Shown piece after piece: positions 48,692-59,758 of a stretch of 64,000 bases of DNA. The position numbers were made by a program, and so were the translations under genes. The notes under the pieces were generated by a model that was not told the origin of the DNA, searched no databases, and saw only the letters and a program-made list of their open reading frames with translations. This DNA comes from a bacterium (GTDB lineage Bacteria > UBA8248): assembly GCA_965202625.1 (NCBI GenBank), contig CBDBBI010000010.1, positions 1,056,001-1,120,000 of the forward strand, in the 5' to 3' direction. How positions within the stretch are numbered: the first letter of the stretch is position 1; each line of letters starts with the position of its first letter.

Positions 48692-49773
48692 CCCCTCCCT
48701 ACGAGACTGGCGATGCGCGCGCCCATCTCGGCGCAGCCCACCTCCTTCGCGCCGGACGTATGGACGTCAGGCGTTCGTAGACCCTCATCAAGCGCCGAAG
48801 CGACAGCCACTTCGATCGCTTCGGCCACGTCCCCCCGCTTGAGCGAGTAGCGGCACAGCATAGCCGCAGACATCACCGCCGCAATCGGGTTCGCCTTGTC
48901 CTGGCCGGCGATGTCGGGCGCCGTTCCATGCACCGGTTCATAAAGACCAAATCCGGTATCGTTGAGGTTCGCCGAGGCAAGCATGCCGATGGAGCCCGTG
49001 AGCATGGAGGCGGCATCGCTCAAAATATCCCCGAACATGTTGCCCGTCACGATGACGTCGAACTGCAGCGGGTCGCGGATCAACTGCATCGCTGCATTGT
49101 CAACATACATATGGCTGATCTCGACTCCTGGAAACTCCGCAGAGACGTCTGTGGCGACCTTGCGCCACAGACGGCCGTTATCCAGAACGTTCTCCTTATC
49201 CACCGAGCAGATCTTCTTTCTCCGCGCGGCCGCAAGCTCAAACGCGAGACGAACGATTCGGCGAATCTCGCCGGTGGTATACGTCATCGTGTCGACCGCT
49301 TTCTCCTCATCCGCCGAGAGGCGCTCGACCCCTCTGGGCCGGCCGAAGTAAATGCCGCTCACGCCCTCGCGCACGACGAGGAGGTCGAGGCCGTGAACTA
49401 CTTCGGGCTTGAGCGAGGAGGCTTCCACCAGAGGCTCGAACATGACGGCAGGTCTCAAATTGGCGAAAAGGCTCAATTCCTTCCTCAAGCCCAGAATGGC
49501 TTGCTCGGGGCGCTTCTCGCGCGGGAGCGCATCCCACTCGGGGCCTCCCACGGCGCCGAACAACCCAGCGTCGCTCCTGCGGCAAAGCGCAATGGTCTCC
49601 GCAGGCAAGGGCTCTCCCGTCGCGTCATAGGCGACGCCGCCGCAAAGCCCTTCCTCGAAATCGAAATCCACCCCGAAGCGCGTGCCTGCCGCCTCCAACA
49701 CCAAGGACGCCTGCGCCACCACCTCCTGACCGATGCCATCGCCCGGCAAGACGGCTATCCGATAACGGCTCAT
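48688..49773 (-). CDS. leuB: 3-isopropylmalate dehydrogenase
   Basis: GDGIGQEV, NMFGDILSD, YEPVHGTAPDIAG. Confidence 0.96.
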   Translation of the reverse strand: MSRYRIAVLPGDGIGQEVVAQASLVLEAAGTRFGVDFDFEEGLCGGVAYDATGEPLPAETIALCRRSDAGLFGAVGGPEWDALPREKRPEQAILGLRKELSLFANLRPAVMFEPLVEASSLKPEVVHGLDLLVVREGVSGIYFGRPRGVERLSADEEKAVDTMTYTTGEIRRIVRLAFELAAARRKKICSVDKENVLDNGRLWRKVATDVSAEFPGVEISHMYVDNAAMQLIRDPLQFDVIVTGNMFGDILSDAASMLTGSIGMLASANLNDTGFGLYEPVHGTAPDIAGQDKANPIAAVMSAAMLCRYSLKRGDVAEAIEVAVASALDEGLRTPDVHTSGAKEVGCAEMGARIASLVGRG

Positions 49774-50396
49774 TGAAAACTTCCCTCCCCTCGCGCCTGT
49801 CGCTCAAAATTCGAGGTGTATGGCAGCCCCCGCGCCACCTCCTTGACCCGGGGGAGGTTCCCCCTCAAATTGGCGAGCATGTCCCACGCGCCGAACAGAA
49901 ACGCTTTCCTGCGCTCCTCGGGAATCTCAATGGAAATGACGGTCTCCTCGAAGCTGACGGTGGAGTTTCTGACGTCTATGGTGAAGCGCGTTTCTGGTGC
50001 CTCTTGCGCTTGGCTGGCGAGGAGATGGACGTCATCCGCCGACGCCACGCCGAGCGGCACGCCGATGGCGAAGCAGTTTCCCGCGAAAATTTCGGCGAAC
50101 GATACACCGATGAGCGCGTCGACGCCGTAGCGCTTGAGTGCCTGTGGGGCGTGCTCGCGCGAGGAGCCAGAACCAAAGTTCTTGCCCACGAACATCATTT
50201 TGGCACCTTTGTACGCAGGATTGTCAATGGGATGATCGGGCGTGTTCTCGCGTTCGTCGCAAAAAAGCGCCCTCTCCATGCCCTCAAAGGTGATGGCCTT
50301 GAGAAACCGGGCCGGCGTGATTCTATCGGTATCAATGTCGTCTCGGAGCATGGGAATGGCCTTTCCCGTAATTCTTTCAATACGCCGGGCGCTCAT
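49770..50396 (-). CDS. leuD: 3-isopropylmalate dehydratase small subunit
   Basis: DIDTDRI, NFGSGSSREHAP, SFAEIF. Confidence 0.96.
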   Translation of the reverse strand: MSARRIERITGKAIPMLRDDIDTDRITPARFLKAITFEGMERALFCDERENTPDHPIDNPAYKGAKMMFVGKNFGSGSSREHAPQALKRYGVDALIGVSFAEIFAGNCFAIGVPLGVASADDVHLLASQAQEAPETRFTIDVRNSTVSFEETVISIEIPEERRKAFLFGAWDMLANLRGNLPRVKEVARGLPYTSNFERQARGEGSFQ

Positions 50397-51805
50397 GCTG
50401 ACTCTCCCATCTCCCTAGGATCCGCGATGCGGCCCGCGATCGCCGACGAGACGACAAGGGCCGGGCTACCCAGGTGGGTTCTCCCGCGCGGGCTGCCCTG
50501 GCGTCCGATGAAATTGCGGTTCGACGTAGAGATGCTCCTCTCCGCGCCCTCGAGTTTGTCCGGGTTCATACCCAGACACATCGAACATCCCGCCTCGCGC
50601 CACTCCGCGCCCGCCTCTTGGAAAACCTCGTGCAAGCCCTCCTGCTCCGCCTGTCGCTTCACCTGCTGCGAGCCGGGCACCACCAGCATCTTCACCTTCG
50701 GGTGCACCTTGTTTCCCCTGATGAGCCGCGCGCCCTCGCGCAAATCAGAGATTCTCGAATTCGTACAGGAACCGAGAAAGGCGACGTCAACCTTCGTGCC
50801 TAGAATCGCCTCGCCAGGCTTGAGGCCCATGAACTCGTAGCCATGCTCCGCCGTTTTCCTATCCTCGCCCGAGAAGCGACTCACCTCGGGAAGAGGGGCC
50901 GAAACCGCGACCGACTGCCCCGGGTTGATGCCCCAGGTGACCATCGGCTCGATTGACTCGCCCTCCACCTCATAGAGTTCGTCATATTCCGCGTCCCCGC
51001 CCGAAGCGACCTCTTTCCAATAGGAGAGACCTTTCTCCCAGGCCTCTCCTTCGGGGCTCAACTCGCGACCTGCGAGGTAGTCATAGGTCGTTTGATCCGG
51101 ATTCACGTAGCCGATGCGAGCGCCCCCCTCAATGCTCATGTTGCAGACCGTCATGCGTCCTTCCATCGACATGGACGCAAAAACGTCTCCGCCATACTCA
51201 TAGGCGAAACCCAGCCCGCCCTTGATGCCCAGATCGTGGATGATTCGCAAAATCACGTCCTTGGGCGTCACGCCGGGGCCAAGGACCCCTGAGACGTCGA
51301 TTCTCTTCACCCGCAGGCGATTCAACGCCAGCGTCTGCGTCGCCAGCACGTGCCCCACCTCGGTCGTGCCGATTCCGAAACCCAGGGAGCCCATCGCGCC
51401 GTGCGTGCTCGTGTGGCTGTCACCGCAGGCGATGGTCATACCGGGCTGACTCAACCCCAGCTCCGGCCCGATGACGTGAACGATGCCCTGCTTGCCGGAG
51501 CCCAAATGCAAAAAGCGGACGCCGAACTCGCTCACGTTCTCCTCTAGGGCGGCCATCATCCTCTCCGCCTGCTCATCCTCGTAGGGTCTTATTTGCTTCA
51601 GAGTGGGTATAATATGGTCCACGGTCGCCACTGTCCGGTCGGGAAAAGCAACGCCGGCACCGATTTCCTTGAGCATGGCGAACGCCTGGGGGGTAGTGAC
51701 CTCGTGGATGAGGTGCAGGCCGATGAATATCTGCTCCTGCCCGGAGTCGAGATGGGCCACGGTGTGAGAATCCCAAACCTTATCGTAGAGTGTGTTTTTC
51801 GACAT
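50393..51805 (-). CDS. leuC: 3-isopropylmalate dehydratase large subunit
   Basis: HEVTTPQAF, CGDSHTSTHGA, GSCTNSR, AGCSMCLGMN. Confidence 0.97.
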   Translation of the reverse strand: MSKNTLYDKVWDSHTVAHLDSGQEQIFIGLHLIHEVTTPQAFAMLKEIGAGVAFPDRTVATVDHIIPTLKQIRPYEDEQAERMMAALEENVSEFGVRFLHLGSGKQGIVHVIGPELGLSQPGMTIACGDSHTSTHGAMGSLGFGIGTTEVGHVLATQTLALNRLRVKRIDVSGVLGPGVTPKDVILRIIHDLGIKGGLGFAYEYGGDVFASMSMEGRMTVCNMSIEGGARIGYVNPDQTTYDYLAGRELSPEGEAWEKGLSYWKEVASGGDAEYDELYEVEGESIEPMVTWGINPGQSVAVSAPLPEVSRFSGEDRKTAEHGYEFMGLKPGEAILGTKVDVAFLGSCTNSRISDLREGARLIRGNKVHPKVKMLVVPGSQQVKRQAEQEGLHEVFQEAGAEWREAGCSMCLGMNPDKLEGAERSISTSNRNFIGRQGSPRGRTHLGSPALVVSSAIAGRIADPREMGESA

Positions 51806-51861
51806 GGCATCATCCTCAAAATGATTCTACAGACCCTCACGCGCCGCGTTGAAGCTCGATA

Positions 51862-52683
51862 TTAAGAAGCCATCTTCGAGCGATCGAGCCCTTCGCGCAA
51901 AGCGGCGACGTACGCGCGCGCCGCCGCCATCTTACCCTCCCGCTCCACCTGTGCCTCCATGACGTCTATCAGGGCACTGCCCACGATGACGCCATCGGCG
52001 TGCCAAGCCGCTTCCGCCGCCTGCTCGGGCGTCTTGATGCCGAAACCCACGAGGACGGGCCGGCTCTTCACCCGATTGATCCGCGCCAAGGTAGCACCTA
52101 AATCGATATCCAGCGCGTCGCGCGCGCCGGTGACCCCCATTTGTCCGACATAATAGATGAAGCCGCCACCCGCCTCGTTCACCAGTTCGATCCGCTCCTG
52201 CGTGCTCGTGGGCGCAAGCATAAAAACGGGCTCGAGAGGATAATCTTCCATCATATCGAGCAAATCGCCCGCTTCCTCGGGCGGCAGGTCGGGCACGATG
52301 ACAGCGTCGGCCCCCACTCTCGAGGCGTCGCGCACAAACTGCGCCATCCCCATCGCGACGATGGGGTTGTAATACGTCATCAGGACCAAGGGCGCGCCGG
52401 GCATCTCTGAGCGGACTTCACGCACCATCTCCAAAACGCCGCTCAAGCGCGTCCCCCCTGCAAGCGAACGCATGCTCGACCGCTGGATGGTGGGTCCATC
52501 CGCAAGAGGATCGCTGAAGGGAACCCCTATTTCGAAACCATCCGCCCCTGCCTGGGCGAGCAGAGGCAGCAAGCACCGGGTGAACGCCAGGTCCGGGTCG
52601 CCCGCGGTGACGAAAGGGAACAGGCCGGCCCGGCCCTCCGCGCGCAAGCGCGCGAAACACGCCTCCAGTCTGTCACCCATCAT
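51862..52683 (-). CDS. trpA: Tryptophan synthase alpha subunit
   Basis: [33 protein letters not shown]. Confidence 0.97.
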   Translation of the reverse strand: MMGDRLEACFARLRAEGRAGLFPFVTAGDPDLAFTRCLLPLLAQAGADGFEIGVPFSDPLADGPTIQRSSMRSLAGGTRLSGVLEMVREVRSEMPGAPLVLMTYYNPIVAMGMAQFVRDASRVGADAVIVPDLPPEEAGDLLDMMEDYPLEPVFMLAPTSTQERIELVNEAGGGFIYYVGQMGVTGARDALDIDLGATLARINRVKSRPVLVGFGIKTPEQAAEAAWHADGVIVGSALIDVMEAQVEREGKMAAARAYVAALREGLDRSKMAS

Positions 52684-53900
52684 CGCGCGTCCTCATCGTC
52701 GAGCATCTCCGACAAAAGCCCCTCCGCCTGATGAACGTCCTTGTCCCCTCGACCGGACAGGCAAAGCACCACGGTCTTCATCTCGCCCGCCTCCTGCGTC
52801 TCTCTGGCAAGACGATCCAGGTAAGAGATCGCGTGGGCGCTCTCAAAAGCGGGAATGACGCCCTCGAGCACGGAGAGCTTCTGAAATGCCTTGAGCGCGT
52901 CGTGATCTTCCACCGTCACGTAGTGCGCGCGCGCTGAATCCTTCAGATAAGAGTGCTCGGGGCCCACTCCCGGATAATCAAGGCCCGCCGATACCGAATG
53001 CGCCGGAATGATCTGCCCATCCGCGTCGTAAAGCAAAAACGTCTCGCAGCCATGTAAAACGCCTATGCGACCGGCGGTCAACGACGCGCCGTGCTCCTCG
53101 GTATCCAGACCCCGACCCCCCGCCTCCACGCCGATGAGTTCGACGTCTGCATCATCTATGAAAGGATAGAACAAACCGATGGCGTTGCTGCCGCCGCCCA
53201 CGCAAGCCACGCAAACGTTGGGAAGCCGGCCTTCGGCCTCGAGAATCTGCGCCCGCGCCTCCCTCCCGATGACGGACTGGAAGTCGCGGATCATCTCCGG
53301 AAACGGGTGCGGCCCCACCACAGAGCCGATGATGTAGTGGGTCGTCCGCACCGAAGCTGTCCAGTCGCGCAGCGTTTCGTTCGTCGCGTCTTTGAGGGTC
53401 TTGCTGCCCGAGGCAACCGGAACCACCCGCGCGCCCAAAAGCCGCATTCTGAACACGTTGAGCGATTGCCTCCCGATGTCCTCCTCCCCCATGTAGATGT
53501 CGCAATCCATTCCGAACAGGGCCGCGACCGTGGCGGTGGCCACCCCGTGCTGGCCCGCTCCCGTCTCGGCGATGATGCGGGTTTTCCCCAACCTCCTCGC
53601 CAGAAGAACCTGGGCGAGCGTGTTGTTGATCTTGTGGGCACCCGTATGGCAGAGATCCTCGCGCTTGAGATAGACCTTGAGCACACCCAGGTGATCGGAG
53701 AGGCGCTCCGCCAGATACAGCGGAGTGGGTCTCCCCACGAACTCTCTCAAGTAATGGGCGAGCTCCTCATGATACGCCGGATCCTCGCGCGCCTCTCGGT
53801 ATGCGCCTTCCAGCTCATCAAGCGCCGGCATGAGGGTTTCCGGAACGTAGCGCCCGCCGAATCGACCGAACCTCCCCTTTGAAATCAGCTCCTCGCTCAT
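52680..53900 (-). CDS. trpB: Tryptophan synthase beta subunit
   Basis: [37 protein letters not shown]. Confidence 0.98.
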   Translation of the reverse strand: MSEELISKGRFGRFGGRYVPETLMPALDELEGAYREAREDPAYHEELAHYLREFVGRPTPLYLAERLSDHLGVLKVYLKREDLCHTGAHKINNTLAQVLLARRLGKTRIIAETGAGQHGVATATVAALFGMDCDIYMGEEDIGRQSLNVFRMRLLGARVVPVASGSKTLKDATNETLRDWTASVRTTHYIIGSVVGPHPFPEMIRDFQSVIGREARAQILEAEGRLPNVCVACVGGGSNAIGLFYPFIDDADVELIGVEAGGRGLDTEEHGASLTAGRIGVLHGCETFLLYDADGQIIPAHSVSAGLDYPGVGPEHSYLKDSARAHYVTVEDHDALKAFQKLSVLEGVIPAFESAHAISYLDRLARETQEAGEMKTVVLCLSGRGDKDVHQAEGLLSEMLDDEDAR

Positions 53901-54547
53901 CTTCTCGCTTCCTCGTGCGCCGCCATCGCCGCGTGCGCGTTCTGGATGAAGTCCAAAACCCGCTCGGAGTCCTTTCGGCCCGAAATCACACCCTCCAGAC
54001 CGCTGCTCGAATCCACGCCATAGGGCTGAACGCGCCTTACCGCCTCTGCCACGTTGTCCGGCCTCAAGCCCCCCGAGAGGATGATGGGTGTGCTGCGGGC
54101 CGCCCCCTCAGCCAACAGCCAGTCGAAACTCCTCCCCGTGCCCCCGAGCACGCCCTCCACGTAGGCGTCCAGCAAAATGGCGCAGCCGGGGAACGCGTCT
54201 ATCTCCTCTATCGTCTTTGGTCCCTTCACCCGCAAGGCGCGAATCACGCGCAAACCTTGCTTGATAAGCCAGCGGCAATCCTCGGGCGCCTCATCGCCAT
54301 GAAGCTGCGCGGCGTCCAGGCCGACGCGGCGCGCGACTTCCAATACGCGCTCCGGAGACTCGTTCACAAAAACCCCGACCCGCGTCCCGAAGGGGGGCAG
54401 CGCCTCGCCAATTTCTCTTGCCTGCTCCACATCCAGGCATCGGGGCGTGCCGGGGACGAAATTCAACCCCAGAGCGTCGGCACCCGCCTCCAGTGCGAAT
54501 TTCGCGTCCTCAGCAGTGGTGACGCCACAAATTTTCACGCGAATCAC
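53897..54547 (-). CDS. trpF: Phosphoribosylanthranilate isomerase
   Basis: [29 protein letters not shown]. Confidence 0.96.
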   Translation of the reverse strand: MIRVKICGVTTAEDAKFALEAGADALGLNFVPGTPRCLDVEQAREIGEALPPFGTRVGVFVNESPERVLEVARRVGLDAAQLHGDEAPEDCRWLIKQGLRVIRALRVKGPKTIEEIDAFPGCAILLDAYVEGVLGGTGRSFDWLLAEGAARSTPIILSGGLRPDNVAEAVRRVQPYGVDSSSGLEGVISGRKDSERVLDFIQNAHAAMAAHEEARR

Positions 54548-54786
54548 GATGCAAAACCCTCGCCGAGAAAAAGGGGTCTTATAGCACAGAGTCAAAGCGT
54601 AAGCATAGGCTGAGGGAGTCCTCCCCCTGCTTTCAAGAAGCGGAATTTCCAGGGGGGATGCACATTCGCGCCGGGCGGAAAGTTTTCCATAAATGACGGA
54701 AAAACGCGATGAGAGCGCAGGTTGTCAAGAAGCGCGAGGAACGAGAATTTTCAAAAGAAGGTAAGAGCGGGATTCGCCGAACCGCA

Positions 54787-55500
54787 TCAAGCGCCGCCGA
54801 GATACATCATCTTGACTTCCTGGTTGTTCAGGAGCTCGTGTCCGCCGCCTTCGTAGCGATTCCTACCGAGTTCCAGCACGTAGCCTCGATCCGAAATCTC
54901 CAAGGCGCGGGCGGCGTTCTGCTCGACGAGCATGATGGTCAACCCCTCCTTGGCGAGGCCCACGATTTTTTCGAACACTTCGGTCACGAAGCGGGGGCTC
55001 AACCCCAGGGAGGGTTCGTCGAGCATAATCATCTTCGGTCTCGTCATCAGCGCGCGGCCCATGGCCAGCATTTGCTGCTCGCCGCCGCTCATCGTGCCCG
55101 CCAGCTGCTTTTGTCGCTCGCCAAGGCGCGGGAAGAGGGCGAAAACGTAGTCCATCGCGTCATTGATTTTCTTCTGCTCGCGCTCAATATAGGCGCCCAT
55201 CTCCAGGTTTTCCTTGACCGTCATCTGATTGAAGACGATGCGGCCCTGCGGCACATAGCCCAGCCCCCGGCTCAGAATCTGGTCCGGGCGGTAGCCTACG
55301 ATGTTCAGGCCTTCAAACTCGATCTCACCGCCCAGATAGTTGATGAAACCCATGATGATTTTGAAAGTCGTGGATTTTCCCGCCCCGTTGGGCCCGATGA
55401 CGGCCACCACCTCGTTTTTGTTCACGTGAAGCGATACGTCGTGGAGTATCTGGATTCGGCCATACGCCGCGCTGACGTCCTTGAGTGCTAATAGCGCCAT
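54787..55500 (-). CDS. livF: HAAT ABC transporter ATP-binding protein
   Basis: GPNGAGKST, SGGEQQMLAMGRALM, LDEPSLGL. Confidence 0.9.
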   Translation of the reverse strand: MALLALKDVSAAYGRIQILHDVSLHVNKNEVVAVIGPNGAGKSTTFKIIMGFINYLGGEIEFEGLNIVGYRPDQILSRGLGYVPQGRIVFNQMTVKENLEMGAYIEREQKKINDAMDYVFALFPRLGERQKQLAGTMSGGEQQMLAMGRALMTRPKMIMLDEPSLGLSPRFVTEVFEKIVGLAKEGLTIMLVEQNAARALEISDRGYVLELGRNRYEGGGHELLNNQEVKMMYLGGA

Positions 55501-56226
55501 TTATCTGTGTCCAAAATATGCTTCGATGACGTCTTCGTTCGTCTGAATGTCCTCGGGCACGCCCTCGGCAATTTTGGTGCCGTAATCGAGCACAAACACT
55601 TTCTCGCAGTGATTCATGATCACGTTCATGTCGTGTTCGACGATGAGAATCGTCTTTCCCTGCTCTTCCTGAAGATGATGAATGTGGTCGAGCAGGTTGT
55701 TGAGAAGAGTTCTGTTGACACCCGCCGCCGGTTCGTCAAGCAGGATGAGATCCGGGTCCGTCATCAGGGCACGCGCGAATTCGAGGAGTTTTTGCTGGCC
55801 GTAGGAGAGGTTTCCGCCATACTCGCCGCGAAGTTTCGTGAGCGTGACGAACTCCATCAACTGCTCGGCGCGCGCGCGCGCCTCGCGCACGGGCATCTTC
55901 ATGCTCGATGCGGAGAGCATGTTCTCGAATACCGTCATTTCACGATAGATGCGGGTAATCTGGAAGGTGCGGCTGATGCCCCGGTTGAAAACTTCGTAGG
56001 GCTTCAAACCCACGATATTCTCTCCGTTGTATAAAACGGAGCCGCTGTCCGCTTGGAGAACACCCGTCAGGAGGTTGAACGTGGTGGTCTTTCCGGATCC
56101 ATTCGGTCCTATCAGACCGGATATCTTGCCCTTGGGCACCTGAAAAGTGCACCCATCCACCGCCTTGATGCCCCCGAAATACTTCTTCAGGTCTTGAATG
56201 TCGAGGGCGATTGCCGCATCAGCCAT
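55501..56226 (-). CDS. livG: HAAT ABC transporter ATP-binding protein
   Basis: GPNGSGKTT, RTFQ, LSYGQQKLLE, EHDM. Confidence 0.9.
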   Translation of the reverse strand: MADAAIALDIQDLKKYFGGIKAVDGCTFQVPKGKISGLIGPNGSGKTTTFNLLTGVLQADSGSVLYNGENIVGLKPYEVFNRGISRTFQITRIYREMTVFENMLSASSMKMPVREARARAEQLMEFVTLTKLRGEYGGNLSYGQQKLLEFARALMTDPDLILLDEPAAGVNRTLLNNLLDHIHHLQEEQGKTILIVEHDMNVIMNHCEKVFVLDYGTKIAEGVPEDIQTNEDVIEAYFGHR

Positions 56227-56247
56227 TTTCCCGCATTGCTCCGCCTC

Positions 56248-57186
56248 TTAGTGCACCATTCCCTTGCGCGCCCAGCCCTTGTCAATGGCGAATCCCATCA
56301 ACCCGCGCGGCATAAATCGGGCCACGAGAACGATGAAGACGCCAAAGGCGATGAGGTGGGCCGTGGGGAACTTCACCCAGGTAATTTCCTGAACGATATA
56401 CAAGACGAACGTGCCCAGGATGGGACCAACCACCGTCCCCTTGCCGCCGAACATGGCAAAGAGCTTCATATAGATGGTGACAAGAATGAAGAATTCGCTT
56501 TCGGGGTCGATGTAAAGAACTTTATACGCCTGAATGCCGCCGGCCGCCGCCGGAAAGATGGCGGAGAGCGCGAAGGCGGAAAGCTTGTAGAACGTGGTGT
56601 TGACGCCCAGGCTCTCCGCGGCGATTTCGTCCTCGCGTATGGCGCTCAGGCGGATGCCGAATCTCGAATGCCCCACCCAGTAGGACACGACGATGGTGAT
56701 CAACATGACCAACAACATGGCGAAATAGGTTTCAAACGAGTTTTCTACGTTGGGCAGTCCGATGCCCTCGCCGCCGTGGGTGAGGCTCTCCCACACCGTG
56801 GCGACCACGCGCGTTCCCTCCGCAGCTCCGAGCATGGCGATGGCGAAATAGGGGCCCTTGAGGCGCAAAACCGGAAACCCGATACACAGGGAGACCACGA
56901 AGGAAACGAATACGCCCACGAAAAGGGTCGGTACCCAATGCCAGCCGTAATCCACCACAAGAATGGCCGTGGCATAGGCCCCGATGCCGTAGAACATCAC
57001 GTGCCCAAACGACACGTAGCCCGTGTAGCCGCTGATGATGTTCCAGCTCAGGGAGAGAACGACGTACATCATCGTGAACATAAGGACCGAGCGGTAGTAA
57101 AGGCTTATCTGCCAAGGCAAGAAAGCCAGGACGATAATGAGCACACCCAGCATTCCGAAGTTGCGGAGGTGTTCTTTTTGGGCCAT
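56248..57186 (-). CDS. livM: HAAT ABC transporter permease
   Basis: SGYTGYVSFGH, LRLKGPYFAI, AIREDEIAAESLG. Confidence 0.9.
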   Translation of the reverse strand: MAQKEHLRNFGMLGVLIIVLAFLPWQISLYYRSVLMFTMMYVVLSLSWNIISGYTGYVSFGHVMFYGIGAYATAILVVDYGWHWVPTLFVGVFVSFVVSLCIGFPVLRLKGPYFAIAMLGAAEGTRVVATVWESLTHGGEGIGLPNVENSFETYFAMLLVMLITIVVSYWVGHSRFGIRLSAIREDEIAAESLGVNTTFYKLSAFALSAIFPAAAGGIQAYKVLYIDPESEFFILVTIYMKLFAMFGGKGTVVGPILGTFVLYIVQEITWVKFPTAHLIAFGVFIVLVARFMPRGLMGFAIDKGWARKGMVH

Positions 57187-57197
57187 TCAGATATCTC

Positions 57198-58187
57198 CTA
57201 GCTCTCTTTTGGTCCCATCAGACCGCGAGGTCTGATCAGCAGCACGAATAGCATCATTCCGTAGGAAGCGATCTCCACCATGGCGGTGCCGTTGGGAATC
57301 ATAAAAGAGATGAGGCTCTCGATGACCGCCAGCATCACCCCCCCGATCAGCGCGCCGATGTAGTGGCCTCTACCTCCGAGCACGATGATGGCGAAAGCCT
57401 GCAAGGTATACAGGATGCCCGTTTCTGGGTTGAAGCCGAACTGAATCGACACCAAGGCGCCGCCCGCCACCGCGAGCGCCGCGGCGAGGCCCGACGTGAT
57501 CATGTATATCTGGAATATGTTGATGCCGCAGACCATCGCGACGTCCGCGTTTTGCGCGGTTGCGCGTATCGCCTTGCCGATGCGGTGGACTTTCAGAAAA
57601 ACAAAAACGCTAACGGAGATGAAGGCGGCCATCACGAAGCTGATGATCTTGCTTTTGCTCACGGCGATGGACTCGGTGATTTGCAGCGCGTTAGGAGCGT
57701 AGGGGATGGTACGATAATCCGTGGTGAAGATGGCCTGCACGATATGAATGATCGTGAGGCCCAAGCCGAAAGTGATCAGCAAGGGCGTCAGTTCCGGCCC
57801 GCCCACCACGGCGTTCAGGAGCACCTTCTGAATCATGATGCCGATGACGAAGGCGATGGGCAGCGTGAGGAACAAGGCGAGGAGCGGGTCGAATCCCGCG
57901 TAGAAAAAGAACATCCAGGTGAGGTAGGCGCCCAGCATCACCATCTCCCCATGCGCGACGTTGATGATGCGCATGACGCCGAAGATGAGCGTGAGACCCA
58001 CGGCGAACATGGCGTATACGCCACCCTGCATGACGCCGTTCAGAATAACGGTGGTCAGACCTGCCAGCCACTGAAGGTCAAAGAAAACATTTTTCGTATA
58101 AATTCCAATGGCGAATGGAATGCTATAAGCCGCGACCAAAAACACCGCCAGCCAGTATTTACTACGAATTTCCGCTCTTTCTTGCAT
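57198..58187 (-). CDS. livH: HAAT ABC transporter permease
   Basis: GLTLIFGVMRIINVAHGE, GKAIRATAQN, RPRGLMG. Confidence 0.9.
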   Translation of the reverse strand: MQERAEIRSKYWLAVFLVAAYSIPFAIGIYTKNVFFDLQWLAGLTTVILNGVMQGGVYAMFAVGLTLIFGVMRIINVAHGEMVMLGAYLTWMFFFYAGFDPLLALFLTLPIAFVIGIMIQKVLLNAVVGGPELTPLLITFGLGLTIIHIVQAIFTTDYRTIPYAPNALQITESIAVSKSKIISFVMAAFISVSVFVFLKVHRIGKAIRATAQNADVAMVCGINIFQIYMITSGLAAALAVAGGALVSIQFGFNPETGILYTLQAFAIIVLGGRGHYIGALIGGVMLAVIESLISFMIPNGTAMVEIASYGMMLFVLLIRPRGLMGPKES

Positions 58188-58309
58188 TCGAGACCGTGCC
58201 CTTCAATAACACGCGAAAAAAACGTCGCATTCGCCGCCGCGCCAAGGCCATCCTGGGCAGCCTTGGCGCGGACGATACGCGCGTTGATTTAATTTTCCCG
58301 AATCCGCGC

Positions 58310-59506
58310 CTAGTTCTTGCCTCTCTCGCTCCATTTCGGCATCGGCAGCTTGTAGGGCACTTCCGATATCTTCGTGGGCCATACGATCTTACGCTCACCG
58401 TCCAGGATTTGGAACGTCAGACCCTCGTGCGCGTTCAGGTTGGTCGCATCGACCTTCCAGGGGCCGATGACGGTCGTGGTACTCATCGTGCGCAGCGTAT
58501 TCCACACCTTGTCGCGGTCCACGGAGCCTGCGCGCGCAACCGCGTCGCCGAAAATCTGCAAGGCTGCGTAGGACTGACCCGCGTGGTAGTTCGGCTTCAC
58601 GCCGTAGCGCTTCTCATACGCCGTAATGTACGCATCCATGCCGGGCCGCTTGAGAATGGCCGGCTTTGGCTCCCACTGGCTGAAGCCCAGAACGTATTCC
58701 GCCGTGTCGCCGAGTTGCTTGGCGAATTTCGGGAGACCAGGGCCGACGGTTCCGGCGAAAATCCTGAGGTTGATGTTGAGCTCTCGCAGCTGGCGAATCT
58801 GCGCGGCGGCGTCGGCGAAGTAGCTGTTCGAGATGAGCGCCTCCGCGCGGCGCGCCTTGATCTTCTGGAGAAGCGCGGTGAAGTCCGTCTGCTTGCGCGG
58901 ATAGTTCTCGTTCAGCACCACTTCCAGGCCCAGCTTCTTCGCCCACTCCACGGCACCCTCCGCCGACTGCCGAGGGAAGAGGCTGTCATCGCCCACGATG
59001 GCGATTCGCTTCACGCCGAGGTCCCTGGCGATGTGAATCGCGCCTTTCTGATAGTCCTGGGCGACGGCGATGATGTTGAAGAGATACTTGCGGCCCTTCT
59101 TCCAGATGATGCCCGATGAGGCGCCAGGGGCCATCGTGGGGTATTTGTACCTTTCCAGCACGTTGGCCACCGCGTCGGTGATGCCGCTGGAGTAGGGGCC
59201 GACGGTCAGGTCCACCTTGTCCTGCGTGATGAGCTTCTCGTAGAGTTTGATGCTGGTCTGCTTGTCCGACTTGTCGTCGAGAATGGTAAAGTCGATTTTC
59301 TTGCCGTTCCATCCGCCCTTCGCGTTCATCTGATCTACATACAGCTTGTAGGAGTTCACCATGCGACCGGCAGGCTCCGCGTAGCGGCCCGTCTGTGAAA
59401 TGGCGATTCCCAGCGTGACCTTGTCCGCCGCCAGACCCGTCTCCGCGAAGGGAGCAGCCGTGAGGGCGAGAGCAAAGCCAAGAACACATACCAAGCTTCT
59501 CTTCAT
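58310..59506 (-). CDS. HAAT ABC substrate-binding protein, paralog 1
   Basis: Signal peptide, SQTGRYA, DDKSD, GPYSSG. Confidence 0.9.
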   Translation of the reverse strand: MKRSLVCVLGFALALTAAPFAETGLAADKVTLGIAISQTGRYAEPAGRMVNSYKLYVDQMNAKGGWNGKKIDFTILDDKSDKQTSIKLYEKLITQDKVDLTVGPYSSGITDAVANVLERYKYPTMAPGASSGIIWKKGRKYLFNIIAVAQDYQKGAIHIARDLGVKRIAIVGDDSLFPRQSAEGAVEWAKKLGLEVVLNENYPRKQTDFTALLQKIKARRAEALISNSYFADAAAQIRQLRELNINLRIFAGTVGPGLPKFAKQLGDTAEYVLGFSQWEPKPAILKRPGMDAYITAYEKRYGVKPNYHAGQSYAALQIFGDAVARAGSVDRDKVWNTLRTMSTTTVIGPWKVDATNLNAHEGLTFQILDGERKIVWPTKISEVPYKLPMPKWSERGKN

Positions 59507-59758
59507 CGTCTTATACTCCTCTTAATATCTGATGGTGAACAAAAACGTTCCGCCGCCGTGGGAAAAAGTTAGAAAGGGATTTTAGGCTGGCACAACACAC
59601 CTAAAGGGCTCACGAGCAAACCAGCTCGCGCGAAGGTTTCATCAAACAAGCCTAATCCCAAATATAAATACTATGATACGCATATTATTTCCTGTGTCAA
59701 AGGAATTTTTGTCCCCGCCAAGGCCAACGACGACGCCCTTTCTATCCCCTACACCTCC